Positions 28,090 to 38,875 of a stretch of 64,000 nt of DNA are shown here, one piece after another. The stretch is from Auanema rhodensis (lineage: Eukaryota; Animalia; Nematoda). The stretch is taken from NCBI GenBank assembly GCA_964057225.1, contig OZ059900.1, forward strand, positions 10,540,001 to 10,604,000, given 5' to 3'. How positions within the stretch are numbered: position 1 is the stretch's first letter; each line of letters starts with the position of its first letter. The translations under genes were made by a program, and so were the position numbers. The notes under the pieces are model-generated. The model was not told the DNA's origin. It ran no database searches and saw only the letters and a list, made by a program, of their open reading frames with translations.

Positions 28090-29792
28090 AAATTTCATCA
28101 AATATTTGAAATTTCAATTAAAGCCAAATACTAAATGAGAAAGAAGCACAAAAGATAACGTTTGGAATAGTTAAACAGATGAGCTATTATTATTTTTATT
28201 ATAATTATTAAAATTTCTAATTAAATTAGAATTATCTGTGTTAACTGCATCATTCGTATATTGATTATAATCATTATTGGGAATATATTGGAACTGAGAA
28301 GCTGCTTGGTGATTTGGTGCTGTTCGAGAGATTTTAGTTGCTATATCAGCAGATTCACTTTGATACTCCTTGATATTGAATGGATAACTCTGAAAACATT
28401 GATACATCTTTGCCATCTCTTGGAATCAGATACCTCATTTCGTTGCATCACTAAATCAAATATGTAAACACCAACCATGAGGAACTCCAAGACCTGAAAG
28501 AAATTCAAAGAAAATTAGTAAAACGTGATTCTCAATTACAGCAGCTGCAATCCATTGTCCACGAATATGACCTGACCCTCTTCCTTGATAATTAACCTAA
28601 TAATGAAACTGTTGTTTAAGACGTTCAGTTAAGACAACCTCAGGATCATTTGTGAGCACAGCCATCCAAGTTCCTAACAAACCACAGATAAACATAAGAA
28701 TTATTCCAATCAGAGCATAAACTCTTTCCTGCAAATTATAACAAAAATAAAGATGATTGGATATATCACATACAAGTGCTAGTGTCATTCCACGTAAAGC
28801 TCTATGGCCATTTATGGAAAATAAGAGAAGAACAATAGCACAAAACAATGATAAGGCCAAGAATATTATAAGAACAAACACCTAAAATAAGGGAAAATTT
28901 GACTTTTTTGACAAATAACTCTTAATTCCTTACTTGTCCTAAAGCTGTATAACCAAAAACATTCATAATCATTGTACAAGCATCACCACCACATGTGATT
29001 TGAACAAGCCATTGTAGGATAAAGAACATGACCTAATAGTTCAATAAGAAGTTAATATTATCGATTGAATTCCCTACCAATTCAAAAATTCGTAAAAGAC
29101 CCATTGGATGTAGCCACATGCCTGGAGTACATTCAATATCTTGATCATCATCATAAATCTATTTGAAGAGGTAAATATACAATGGAATACACTATCTTAG
29201 CAACTTACCAAGTTCTCTTCAAATTCTTCTACTTGTTCTTGTTCCTCTTGTTCTCCAACATACCTTTCATTGTATTGGGACATATTCTAAAAAAAACAAA
29301 TTTTGAATACAAATTCGGAAAAATCTTGAAAATTGAGAGTTGAAAGAGAAACAAATAAGAAAGTTTCATATTAATGAAAGGTGAACGAGAAAATTAAATT
29401 ACATTGTTAGCTAACAACTCATTCTTATCAGCAACTACTATTAAATGCTCTTTGATAAGCTTGTTTGCATGTATTTCGTATCATCGATAAGTCATTTGAA
29501 TGAAATTATGAGTCGAACCAGCTTCCTCGGGTTTCAATTGTTTCCTGACAGAGTAACCGGTGTACACTATTCAACACAGCTAATTTCAAAAAAAAAATTT
29601 ATTGAAAATGAAAATTCACAGGTGCGGTGAGTAAAAAAACGTCGATTATCATATTGGTCTGAAGAACAACATTATCGTTTGGATACTTAGAAAAACTATT
29701 TACTTACAAAAAATTTATAAAAATAAAAATTTGAAACGAAGAACTATGGTTGCAACCAGTACAACTTGGAGAATTGTATTGTCATGCTTGAG
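28090..29792 (-). repeat. Left arm of a ~1.7-kb inverted segmental duplication (partner 38874-40516)
   Basis: Reverse-complement identity with only a few SNPs and small indels. The left arm carries an extra ~60 bp near its inner end (~29715-29777). Confidence 0.95.
28171..29283 (-). CDS. MARVEL-like four-TM membrane protein, copy A (8 exons)
   Basis: Spliced product MSQYNERYVGEQEEQEQVEEFEENLIYDDDQDIECTPGMWLHPMGLLRIFELVMFFILQWLVQITCGGDACTMIMNVFGYTALGQVFVLIIFLALSLFCAIVLLLFSING...ERVYALIGIILMFICGLLGTWMAVL...WIAAAVLEFLMVGVYIFDLVMQRNE...NNNSSSV*. Four hydrophobic helices; the GLLRIFEL and W-AAA...Y--D motifs are MARVEL-typical. Confidence 0.75.
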
Positions 29793-29891
29793 CTGGAAAG
29801 ATGAATTAACGTTTGAAAATAGATAATAAGAAGATCTTACATGGTAAACATTTGGTTCAACACGAGAGATCATAGCGACACTTTAGAAGAA

Positions 29892-32800
29892 TCAAAGAGG
29901 TGGCATAACTGCCTTAGTGGTTTTCTCCATATCTCTGGTGAACAAATTGGCGGAACATTTGAAAAACAATATGGAAGTTTCCCGAACAGTGATTAGATGA
30001 TAATCTTCTTTAAGCTGTAATCAAGCTGGTGTTTTAGATATGCTTGCAATATAAATACCGTGGAATAATATCTTCTGATTGCTCTTTTAGTGAACTTATC
30101 TTCATGGTTTTCATAGAGAATTACTCGACTTGATTGAAGAAACATTCTTCGATAAATATATGAATCATGAAATGCAGGATATTCGAAATAGAAATCTGGC
30201 ATATATTTTTCCAATAAAGATTCGAATGTTGTATCCTCTGTAATGTTTCCGAAAAACAACACAGTATCACATGGACGATAGCTAAAAATCAAAAAATATA
30301 GTAAATTCTGCAAATTGAATTACTGAAATGATAAGGATTTTAATAAAAAAAACATACGAATAGATAAAGTTGATATACTTTGCTGTTTCGTATTCTATAC
30401 ATAGATTCACTGTATTTCCAGAATGACTGGTAATCGGTACTACAACTGGTAGATTTTTCTTTGAATAAGAATTCTCATCAATTGCCTGAAAAACTTCAAA
30501 TAATCTATAATCTATCTCAAATATTCACTTTTTCATAAGCATTTTTGGTGATTTTGAATAAAGCTTGAGTAGAACATCCATTTCTGATAGCAATGCGTAA
30601 GCCCATTAGCAAAGATAAGCGAATCATTTTCTCATCGTTGTTCTAAAACATTAGTAATTAAGTTTCCAGTAAACAATAAATTTTATTTTGATATTACCTC
30701 ATGTCGTCTAAGCCTAATTAGTTCTTTTTGAGAAAAATATTCTAACATATTGAATAATTCGATTAAAGTATAGTCGTTATACGTCTAAAAATTCAAATAA
30801 TCAAAATAGAAAAAAAGATTAAAGTTCATTTACCGGGGTTAAAGTTTGACGATAGTCCGATAAAATTTTGTAACACATATCATTGGTTGTGACATGTTCC
30901 AATGACAGTAAAGCTCGACCAAGTCTATTTACAGTTTTAAGTTGAAACTCTATTGAGTAGGAACCAATGATTGATAATAGATAAATTACCGCCTAAAGAA
31001 GGATTTTCCATGTTTTAGAATGAAAAATGGATACCTGCTCTAGTTTGTCCACATCCTTTAGTACACTTATATCAAAGTCGTTGTATAATCGCATAGTTAA
31101 CAGAGTGAAAATTGATAGCTCACGTATTTGATTCTGTACAGATTGACGTTACAAATCTTTTTTTAAAATTTAAATAACAAATAATCTTATTTCTCTCAAA
31201 ACAGTTGAAACTTACAGCTTTATTGATTTCGTTTCCCTCATATTGGTATTCATTACTGATGTACTTGTCGCATATCGTTTCATTCATTAAAGTACTTAAG
31301 TAGAATTCTATTTGATCCGGGAATGATTTAGGATACTCTTCTCTTAGTTTAACATGTAAAGTATGCGGAATCTAATGAAAAAGCTTAATCTTTCAATTAT
31401 TCTAATATAAACTTACTTTTCTCAAATCATCATAAATGCTGAATAATGCAAGTTTTTTCTTTAATAGAAAGAGTTTTGGTAAAGCTACTTCTGTTTTTTT
31501 CTCTGGAATCTGGAACCCTTCAGGAATCTCCGTTTTCTGTGCACTACATGGTAGTTCAAGCTTTTGAGATGGAAGAGCACAAGGTTGTTCGTAACTACCG
31601 ATGCTTGGCAACTCTGCGGTGTATTTCGGATCATCAAATAGCTTTGACAGATTTTCCAAAGATTTTTCGTTGTTTGTTTCAGTCGAACATAGCTTTTCTT
31701 CCAAAGTCGAAGCAGATTGCTCACTACTAATTGTTTTAGCAGAACTGTGGGGAGAAGAAATATCCACCTTCTCCTTTTGAACCTTGAATATACTTTCGTT
31801 ATCAGATTGTGGGACTTCATCTGATGTGAAAATACTTGACTGTAGATAGTTGTTTTTGACTTGATGCATGTTCATAAGTGTTATGTTTTTAGGTCCAGAC
31901 TGCTTATACGGTGTAGCTATGAACGCTTCTTCTATGCATAATTCTTCATGGAGAACTTCTTCAGATCTTATTGTTCCGTTCTGAACTTGTACTGTATCGA
32001 AAACTTCAGGGATAGAAGAATATTCTTGTTTCTTATTGCAATCTTCTTTTTTCTTTATGCTAATGGATTCTGAAGTGAGACTGTCTGTCTAAAAATTCAA
32101 ATAATCAAAATAGAAAAAAGATTAAAGTTCATTTACCGGGGTTAAAGTTTGACGATAGTCCGATAAAATTTTGTAACACATATCATTGGTTGTGACATGT
32201 TCCAATGACAGTAAAGCTCGACCAAGTCTATTTACAGTTTTAAGTTGAAACTCTATTGAGTAGGAACCAATGATTGATAATAGATAAATTACCGCCTAAA
32301 GAAGGATTTTCCATGTTTTAGAATGAAAAATGGATACCTGCTCTAGTTTGTCCACATCCTTTAGTACACTTATATCAAAGTCGTTGTATAATCGCATAGT
32401 TAACAGAGTGAAAATTGATAGCTCACGTATTTGATTCTGTACAGATTGACGTTACAAATCTTTTTTTAAAATTTAAATAACAAATAATCTTATTTCTCTC
32501 AAAACAGTTGAAACTTACAGCTTTATTGATTTCGTTTCCCTCATATTGGTATTCATTACTAATGTACTTGTCGCATATCGTTTCATTCATTAAAGTACTT
32601 AAGTAGAATTCTATTTGATACGGAAACGATTGTGGGTTTTCTTCTCTTAATTGAATTTGTAAGGTTTGTGGAATCTAAATAAAAAAAGTTGAATCTTTCA
32701 ATAGTTTTAGTATTGACTTACTTTAACCAACGGATCAAAATTGTTAAAAAAGGTTAATTGCCTTTTTGCACTAGCTGGTGTAGCCGGAATCCCTGTTTGA

Positions 32801-34641
32801 CTTCTTTTGGGAGTCATGCATTCGTAAAATTCTACACGTTGTCTGCTACAAGATCGTGAGATCTGATCCCGCAGAATCAGATTTGGTCGTCGGCAATGAC
32901 TTCTAGCTCTTGGCAAATATGCAGATACAATTTTTCTTTGAGTGTGAGATTGTTCAGGGGGTGTTATTGTTGAAACTTCTCTTTCGAATAGAGGCAGAGG
33001 TAATATTTGTTTTAAAGTTGGTGATGTTTCCTCAGTATCTAATATATTAACTGCTTTGTTGATGCTAGAAATTTCAACTTGTGCACCGGAACGAGCTAGG
33101 CTTTGTCCTGAAGGACATCTGTTCCAAGAACTCACAGGAGTTATAGGTATGCAGACGTCAGAAATTGTTTGTACTGGTTCCAAGTCAAGTTGCGGTACTG
33201 TTGGTGTCTGCTTCAATTCATTGAAAACAAATTTTTTTGTTGAAGCAGGAGTTCTCAGTAGTTCATCTTCAGGAGTATTTGTTTCCACCGCATTTTCAAT
33301 AGTCAGAGGTTCCAATACGGTAGTACATTCCAGAACCGACTTTGTAATTGGCATAGCTGTTCCCTGTTTTACTGGTTCCAGGTCAAGTTGCGGAACTGTT
33401 GGTGTCTGCTTCAGTTCATTGAAAACAAAATTTTTCGTTGAAGCAGGAGTTCTTAGTAGTTCATCTTCAGGAGTGTTAGTTTCTGCCGCATTTTCTATAG
33501 TCAGAGGTTCCAATTTGGTTGTACATTCCAGAACCGACTTTGTAATTGGCATAGCTGTTCCCTGTTTTTCTTCTGCTGAATCCGCTTGAACTGGAAGTTC
33601 CAACATGCTTTCTTTTTCCACCGTAGTTGTACTTTCACATTCAACTCTTTTTGAAACGTATGCTTCGGAACATATTTCAATTTTGTGAGTCTCTTCTTCT
33701 GACGATTTCCTAATATTACAATTCTCATTCAACAAATTAGATGAAGGAATACTTTTGGTACAGGGATGCTGTTTCCTTTTGGTAATATTACGAATGTTAG
33801 GATGTGCAGAAACATGATTGTATTGCTTAACTGATCGGCTCCGAGTTTGATTTTCTGGCTTTGGAAGTGGTACAACAACAGGCTTATCCTTGTTTCTTGC
33901 TGAGCTAACACTGCGACTAACTAGAAAGTCTCTCACGCGTAGATCTCTTTTCAATCGTCGACTGCGAAGATTTTCTGTTGCAGTAGGAGATGGTTGAGGT
34001 GGTTTACAAATTGTTGGTTGCTCAATAATTCTCCTCATGCTAGTACTACGACTAGTTAACAGACGGCGTTGTTCATCACGATTTTCTGGTCTGCTTCTTG
34101 AGGGCTCCTTGACTTGTGAGGTTGTTGCTTCTACAATTTTCGTCTTGTCCTCTTTCTTCGTTAAATATTCTCTACCAGTAGAGTCATCTCGTACAACACT
34201 ACTTGGTCGCGAGTGTCGAGACGAAGAAGTTGGAGGTGAGCTGCAGCTACGCAACATCAAACTTTGATTTAATGAACGCGGTAGACGAGAATTAAACTTT
34301 CTTGTGGTGACGGAAGTAGGAGTACCACGCATAACACTTAAACTCTGACCAATACTGTCACATTTAGTAGTCGAGGAACGAAGAGTTTGATGAGTAACAG
34401 ACGATTGACAAGTATTATTTTGCAGTAAATTGGAAACCCGAGCAGTATCGCAAGATTTAACGTTTGAAGACAATTTCAAAAGATATAATTCTTTTGCTAT
34501 CTTTTCTTTTCTTGACATGCTTGAAGGATAACGTGAATTTACCTTCCGCGACTTGATTGGATCAGGAGACACTCTTAGAACTTCAGCGGAATCAGTGCGA
34601 TGTCGGCGACATTGAGGAGCAGAACAAGTAGTACGACCCAT
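29892..34641 (-). CDS. ~1,360-aa multi-exon protein: long basic S/T-P-rich disordered N-terminus, duplicated helical module, C-terminal degenerate tyrosine-recombinase-like domain
   Basis: TTTTCAG acceptor at 34668-34674 and ATG (MGRTTCS) at 34641. Exon 1 (34641-32722) comprises most of the 679-aa ORF. GT-AG splicing keeps one frame through the 672-nt exon 32088-31417 and on to the stop at 29892 (...KTTKAVMPPL*). Domain identity was inferred by eye. Confidence 0.7.
30783..32619. repeat. ~535-bp near-identical direct repeat (30783-31316 vs 32087-32619) duplicating three coding exons and their introns; similarity continues at lower identity for ~100 bp more
   Basis: Base-by-base match apart from ~1 SNP and an A-run indel. 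Confidence 0.95.
33172..33567. repeat. 2 x 198-bp in-frame coding tandem repeat (66 aa, KQGTAMPITK...QLDLEPV)
   Basis: Visible twice in the 679-aa translation with a few substitutions. Confidence 0.95.
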
Positions 34642-34775
34642 TTCAATAGTAAGATTCAAGCAGATATCTGAAAATAAATCCTGTGACGATCTAAGCAACA
34701 ACAAAAACAATTGAGAAATAACAAAAAAAAATATGTGTGATATCAAACGAAGAAAAAATATGAAAGTGAGAACGA

Positions 34776-35155
34776 TTATAGTATATCAAAAGCTTAGATA
34801 ATGTAAACAACAACGACAACTAAGAAGTTCTGTATTAGAATAGGATAGTATGAGTTAGGTATCGAAAATGGAAAAAATAATTTTAACATAAAAAGAATAT
34901 GCGTAATAGCTAAGTATAGAATATAGGTTATAGTATATCAAAAGCTAAGATAATGTAAACAACAACGACAACTAAGAAGCTCTGTATTAGAATAGGATAG
35001 TATGAGTTAGGTATCGAAAATGGAAAAAATAATTTTAACATAAAAAGAATATGCGTAATAGCTAAGTATAGAATATAGGTTATAGTATATCAAAAGCTAA
35101 GATAATGTAAACAACAACGACAACTAAGAAGCTCTGTATTAGAATAGTATGAGTT
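34776..35155. repeat. 152-bp tandem repeat, ~2.5 copies, directly upstream of the large minus-strand gene
   Basis: GTATATCAAAAGCT recurs at 34781, 34933 and 35085; units are nearly identical. Confidence 0.95.
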
Positions 35156-35213
35156 ATATTGTTATGACAAATGCAAATAAAGTAATCATTAAAAAAACTC
35201 GGGGATGATAAAT

Positions 35214-35449
35214 ATATTTAGGCATTGAACTGAAACCGCGAACCATTTAAATTGTAGATCATCTATTGATCTTCTTACCTCATCGTAGATCTTGTTATTA
35301 TAACTATAACATAATATGACCTACCATTTATTTAATGTCTTACTTATGCCGTTTTATAATATGTTTTTAATTTTTTTTGTTTTCTAGCTTTGTTCTTGAT
35401 CATTAAATCTGCGAGTAGATTTTGATTTTTCTTTTTTTTTCAGTTCCCT
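35214..35449. repeat. ~230-bp direct repeat, copy 1 (partner 38653-38875), ending in a strong + strand TTTTTTTTCAG acceptor
   Basis: Shared ATATTT.GGCA.TGAACTGAA...GCGAACCATTTAAATTGTAGATCA...GCGAGTAGATTT...TTTCAGTTCCCT, roughly 90% identical. Confidence 0.9.
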
Positions 35450-35733
35450 ATGCTCAATCCATAAACGTTCTCAAAGTCTCTGCTGGATACAAAAAAGCAA
35501 GAAAGTTAAACTCGTGTTTTTCTTAAAAAAATGTTACAGAAAGATCGTATAAAAACCCGTATAAAATGATCAGTCAGAATATTTCATTGAACGTAAAATT
35601 TTGTGGTACTGCTGTAGGACCTAGTGAACTCAAAGACACTGGTTGTCGCAAAAACATTCGTCATATACAGAGAACCTTTCTTGTGTGAGCTCAGTTAGAA
35701 ACAAGGATAAGTTTGTCGTGCCGAATCGTAAAC

Positions 35734-36775
35734 TTAGAAAAGTGTCAGAAGATGAAATTCACCGAATTGAGAAATGTATACGTTCCGAAGAGAGCTGAAT
35801 GTCAAAGTGCAAATACGGTGAAAAAGGAAAATATGTTGGAACTTTAGAGTCCAATTGGATTCAACAGAAGAAAAACAGGGAACAACTACGCAAGCTACAG
35901 CTAAACAGGTTTTCAATAATATTAACACATTTTTCATTCAAATAACATCACTTTTCAAGCCTAAAGGTTTAGGATGATCCACTTTTTTTGACTCTAAATT
36001 TTCCTCTCTTTCAACACATTTTTGTCAATTTCAAAATTTTTTCATAATAATAGAGGAAATTCCACGAAGACCTGCATGAGATGTTGTTGCCCTTTTTTGC
36101 AAGCATGTAACGCTTAACGAGAAACGAGAAGTGCTGTTAAGATTTATTCACAAAGATAAAAAAAACAATAGCAACAAGTCTAAATAATTACTTGGGTTTG
36201 GCAGTGCAGCTTCGTTCTGTATTGGGGGATAGGATTTTGTAGATCTATGAAGAACTGGTCAAAGGCATCGTCACTCCAAATCTGTTGAGCTCCGTTGCAC
36301 CACAGTCGTTTTCTCCCACACATGTTTCCCAATTCAACGTTGTTGACGATCGTAAACGAATTCAAAGGAAAATCAGCCTGAAAGCAAATTTTCTTTTTTT
36401 TCTTCTGGAGAAATATCTTTCTTAAACATTTTATGAAATGAAGATTATATAGCAAAAGTGATTACACCATGTGAATGAACATTGCAAAATAGCAGATTCA
36501 TAATCTGCAATTCCAAACGAGATTAAAAAATTACTGCATTCAACGTTCAAAATTTGAATTTTATATGGCAATAATTCAAAAGTCTCGTTCAAGTTTGACT
36601 CTGCGCTTGTTTTCTATTTGAACTGATCAAATTTACTCCTAACCTTTAGACGTGCGAGAAAATCGGCATCGGACTCGTCGTCGTGTTCAAAATCGAAGTA
36701 ATATCCTTTGGTATTCTTAAATAGTTGTAAAATTAAAAGATAACGTTGACTCTCTCATGCCTTTTGTAGGGTCAT
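35734..36775 (-). CDS. Putative orphan gene (~130 aa), unknown function; start uncertain
   Basis: Frame-compatible exons NTKGYYFDFEHDDESDADFLARLK / ADFPLNSFTIVNNVELGNMCGRKRLWCNGAQQIWSDDAFDQFFIDLQNPIPQYRTKLHCQTQ / HFSFLVKRYMLAKKGNNISC / SSLRNVYISQFGEFHLLTLF*. The candidate first exon MTLQK needs a GC donor. Confidence 0.45.
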
Positions 36776-37492
36776 GGCTGATTTGCATTGCTTTCCTACT
36801 CCTTGCCACTCGCATAGCAGATGAATACAGTTGGAAGCATCCATGACTAATTTTTGAAAATATGGCAAGGCGACAGAAGAAGAAGAAAGAGAAAGAGTAA
36901 GAAGGATCAACAGCGATAGATGTCCCATTGCCACACACTGACCAATGACTTCATATACATCAGGGCGGAGCCTTGTATTTTTATTTTGCCAGTGGGCCTC
37001 TCTCTTTCTGTCACGATAATGAGCAAGGCCAAAAGAGACTGATGAATTGCAATGATAAGAAAAGACGGAACGAGAAAAAAAGTCGAATTGTACAGTTGAA
37101 GAGAGATAAGGGAGTATTTCTCGGATCAGACCGAAAGATGCATATTCGTTATTATATGGAATCGAACATAAAATAATTCCAATGAATACAGATAAGTTTG
37201 TATGGTATATGCACTTATACCAAACCACATATGTAAAAAATTTTTGGAAATCAGATTTCTTAATTTATTCAGTTTTATGTCATCTTCACTTGATAAATTT
37301 TGTGAAAATATGAGCGATAATCAATTTTTAATAACTATAATATATTATCATTCTAAAGATTTATTCGAATTAATGAGAAACAAGGTGTATATCGTTACAA
37401 TCGTTTGAAAATAATAATTCATTCGAAAAATTTAAAGAAACTAGTCTTGGGAGGATTAAAATGTTTTATGATAAACTGAGGGGAAAAAATTG

Positions 37493-38549
37493 TTAGAGAG
37501 CGCTGTCGCAGCATATCCTCTGTCCTCTAATCGAGTAAGGTATCGACTTGTCTATCGGACATTGACTATTGAAGCTTTTTATAGCCCCAATGATCGTCTG
37601 AGACAATTCTTTCATACGTCCCTGAAATGTTTTTTTCTTAAGATAAATCAGAATTTAGCTTACCTTTAAATATTCTTCTTCTGCCGCTGCTTCTACAGCA
37701 TTGTCGGCATTTCTGCCTAAACGAACCCGGCCAACGCAGTTATGAAGATTTCCGCCACAATATTGGGTTTTCACCCATTCGCAATTCTGAAACAAAGAAC
37801 AATATCAAGAACCACTGTAAGTGTACAGTATGCCTTACCTTTTTTATAAAAAAATAATCGAGTAAGGTATCGACTTGTCTATCGGACATTGACTATTGAA
37901 GCTTCTAATAGCTCCAATGATTGTCTGTGACAAGTCTTTGATTCGTCCCTGAAATGTTTTTTTCTTAAGATAAATCAGAATTTAGCTTACCTTCAAATAT
38001 ATTTCTTCTGCCGCTGCTTCTGCAGCATTGTCGGCATTTCTGCCTAATCGAACCCGGCCAACGCAATTAAAAATATTTCCACCACAATATTGGGTTTTCA
38101 CCCATTCGCAGTTCTGAAACAAAGAACAATATCAAGAACCACTGTAAGTGTACAGTATGCCTTACCTTTTTTATAAAAAAATAATCGAGTAAGGTATCGA
38201 CTTGTCTATCGGACATTGACTATTGAAGCTTCTAATAGCTCCAATGATTGTCTGTGACAAGTCTTTGATTCGTCCCTGAAATGTTTTTTTCTTAAGATAA
38301 ATCAGAATTTAGCTTACCTTCAAATATATTTCTTCTGCCGCTGCTTCTGCAGCATTGTCGGCATTTCTGCCTAATCGAACCCGGCCAACGCAATTAAAAA
38401 TATTTCCACCACAATATTGGGTTTTCACCCATTCGCAGTTCTGAAACAAAGAACAATATCAAGAACCACTGTAAGTGTACAGTATGCCTTACCTTTTTTA
38501 TAAAAAAATAATGATAACAGAACATGAATGAGAACATTAAATAACTCAT
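37493..38549 (-). CDS. Small Cys-rich, possibly secreted protein gene with its exon 2-exon 3 block triplicated (full form ~102 aa)
   Basis: Exon 1 MSYLMFSFMFCYHYFFIKK; exon A NCEWVKTQYCGGN(IF/LH)NCVGRVRLGRNADNA(A/V)EAAAEE(I/E)YLK; exon B GR(I/M)K(D/E)LSQTIIGAI(R/K)SFNSQCPIDKSIPYSI, followed by IFL* in the 5' units or RGQRICCDSAL* in the 3'-most unit. GTAAG donors and TTTCAG acceptors, all phase 0. Confidence 0.6.
37528..38511. repeat. 3 x 327-bp tandem repeat, each unit containing two exons and two introns
   Basis: TAATCGAGTAAGG recurs at 37528, 37855 and 38182. The two right-hand units look identical; the left unit differs at 19 exonic sites. Confidence 0.95.
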
Positions 38550-38616
38550 TGGTCAATGTAAAAATAATGATTACAGAACATGAATGAGAACATTAAATAA
38601 CTCATTGGTCAATGTA
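38505..38616. repeat. 2 x 56-bp tandem duplication covering the start codon region of the Cys-rich gene
   Basis: AAAATAATGAT(A/T)ACAGAACATGAATGAGAACATTAAATAACTCATTGGTCAATGTA occurs twice. Confidence 0.9.
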
Positions 38617-38652
38617 TGCCATCAGTTATAATAATAAGATCATACATGGCAC

Positions 38653-38875
38653 ATATTTGGGCACTGAACTGAAGGCGCGAACCATTTAAATTGTAGATCA
38701 TTTATTGATCTTCTTACCTCATCGTAGATCTTGTTATTATAACTATAACATAATATGACCTACCATTTATTTAATGTCGTTTTATATTATGTTTTTAATT
38801 TTTTTGTTTTCTTGATTTGTTCTTGATCAGCAAATCTGCGAGTAGATTTGATTTTTCTTTTTTTTTCAGTTCCCT
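38653..38875. repeat. ~225-bp direct repeat, copy 2 (partner 35214-35449), abutting the right inverted arm
   Basis: See copy 1. Its terminal CT overlaps the first bases of the inverted arm. Confidence 0.9.

Noticed and set aside
33056-33589. 177-aa plus-strand ORF with an internal repeat
   Set aside because: Antisense shadow of the 66-aa coding repeat in the real minus-strand exon
34776-35155. CRISPR-like array
   Set aside because: Eukaryotic context, and whole units repeat with no unique spacers
37493-38549. Insulin-like peptide (six Cys, CGG motif, CC pair)
   Set aside because: The Cys order is C-C-C-C-CC, with the CC at the extreme C-terminus; this does not match insulin B/A-chain spacing
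35214-38875. LTR retrotransposon bounded by the direct repeats
   Set aside because: No TG...CA termini, primer-binding site, target-site duplication or gag/pol coding; the interior genes have spliceosomal introns
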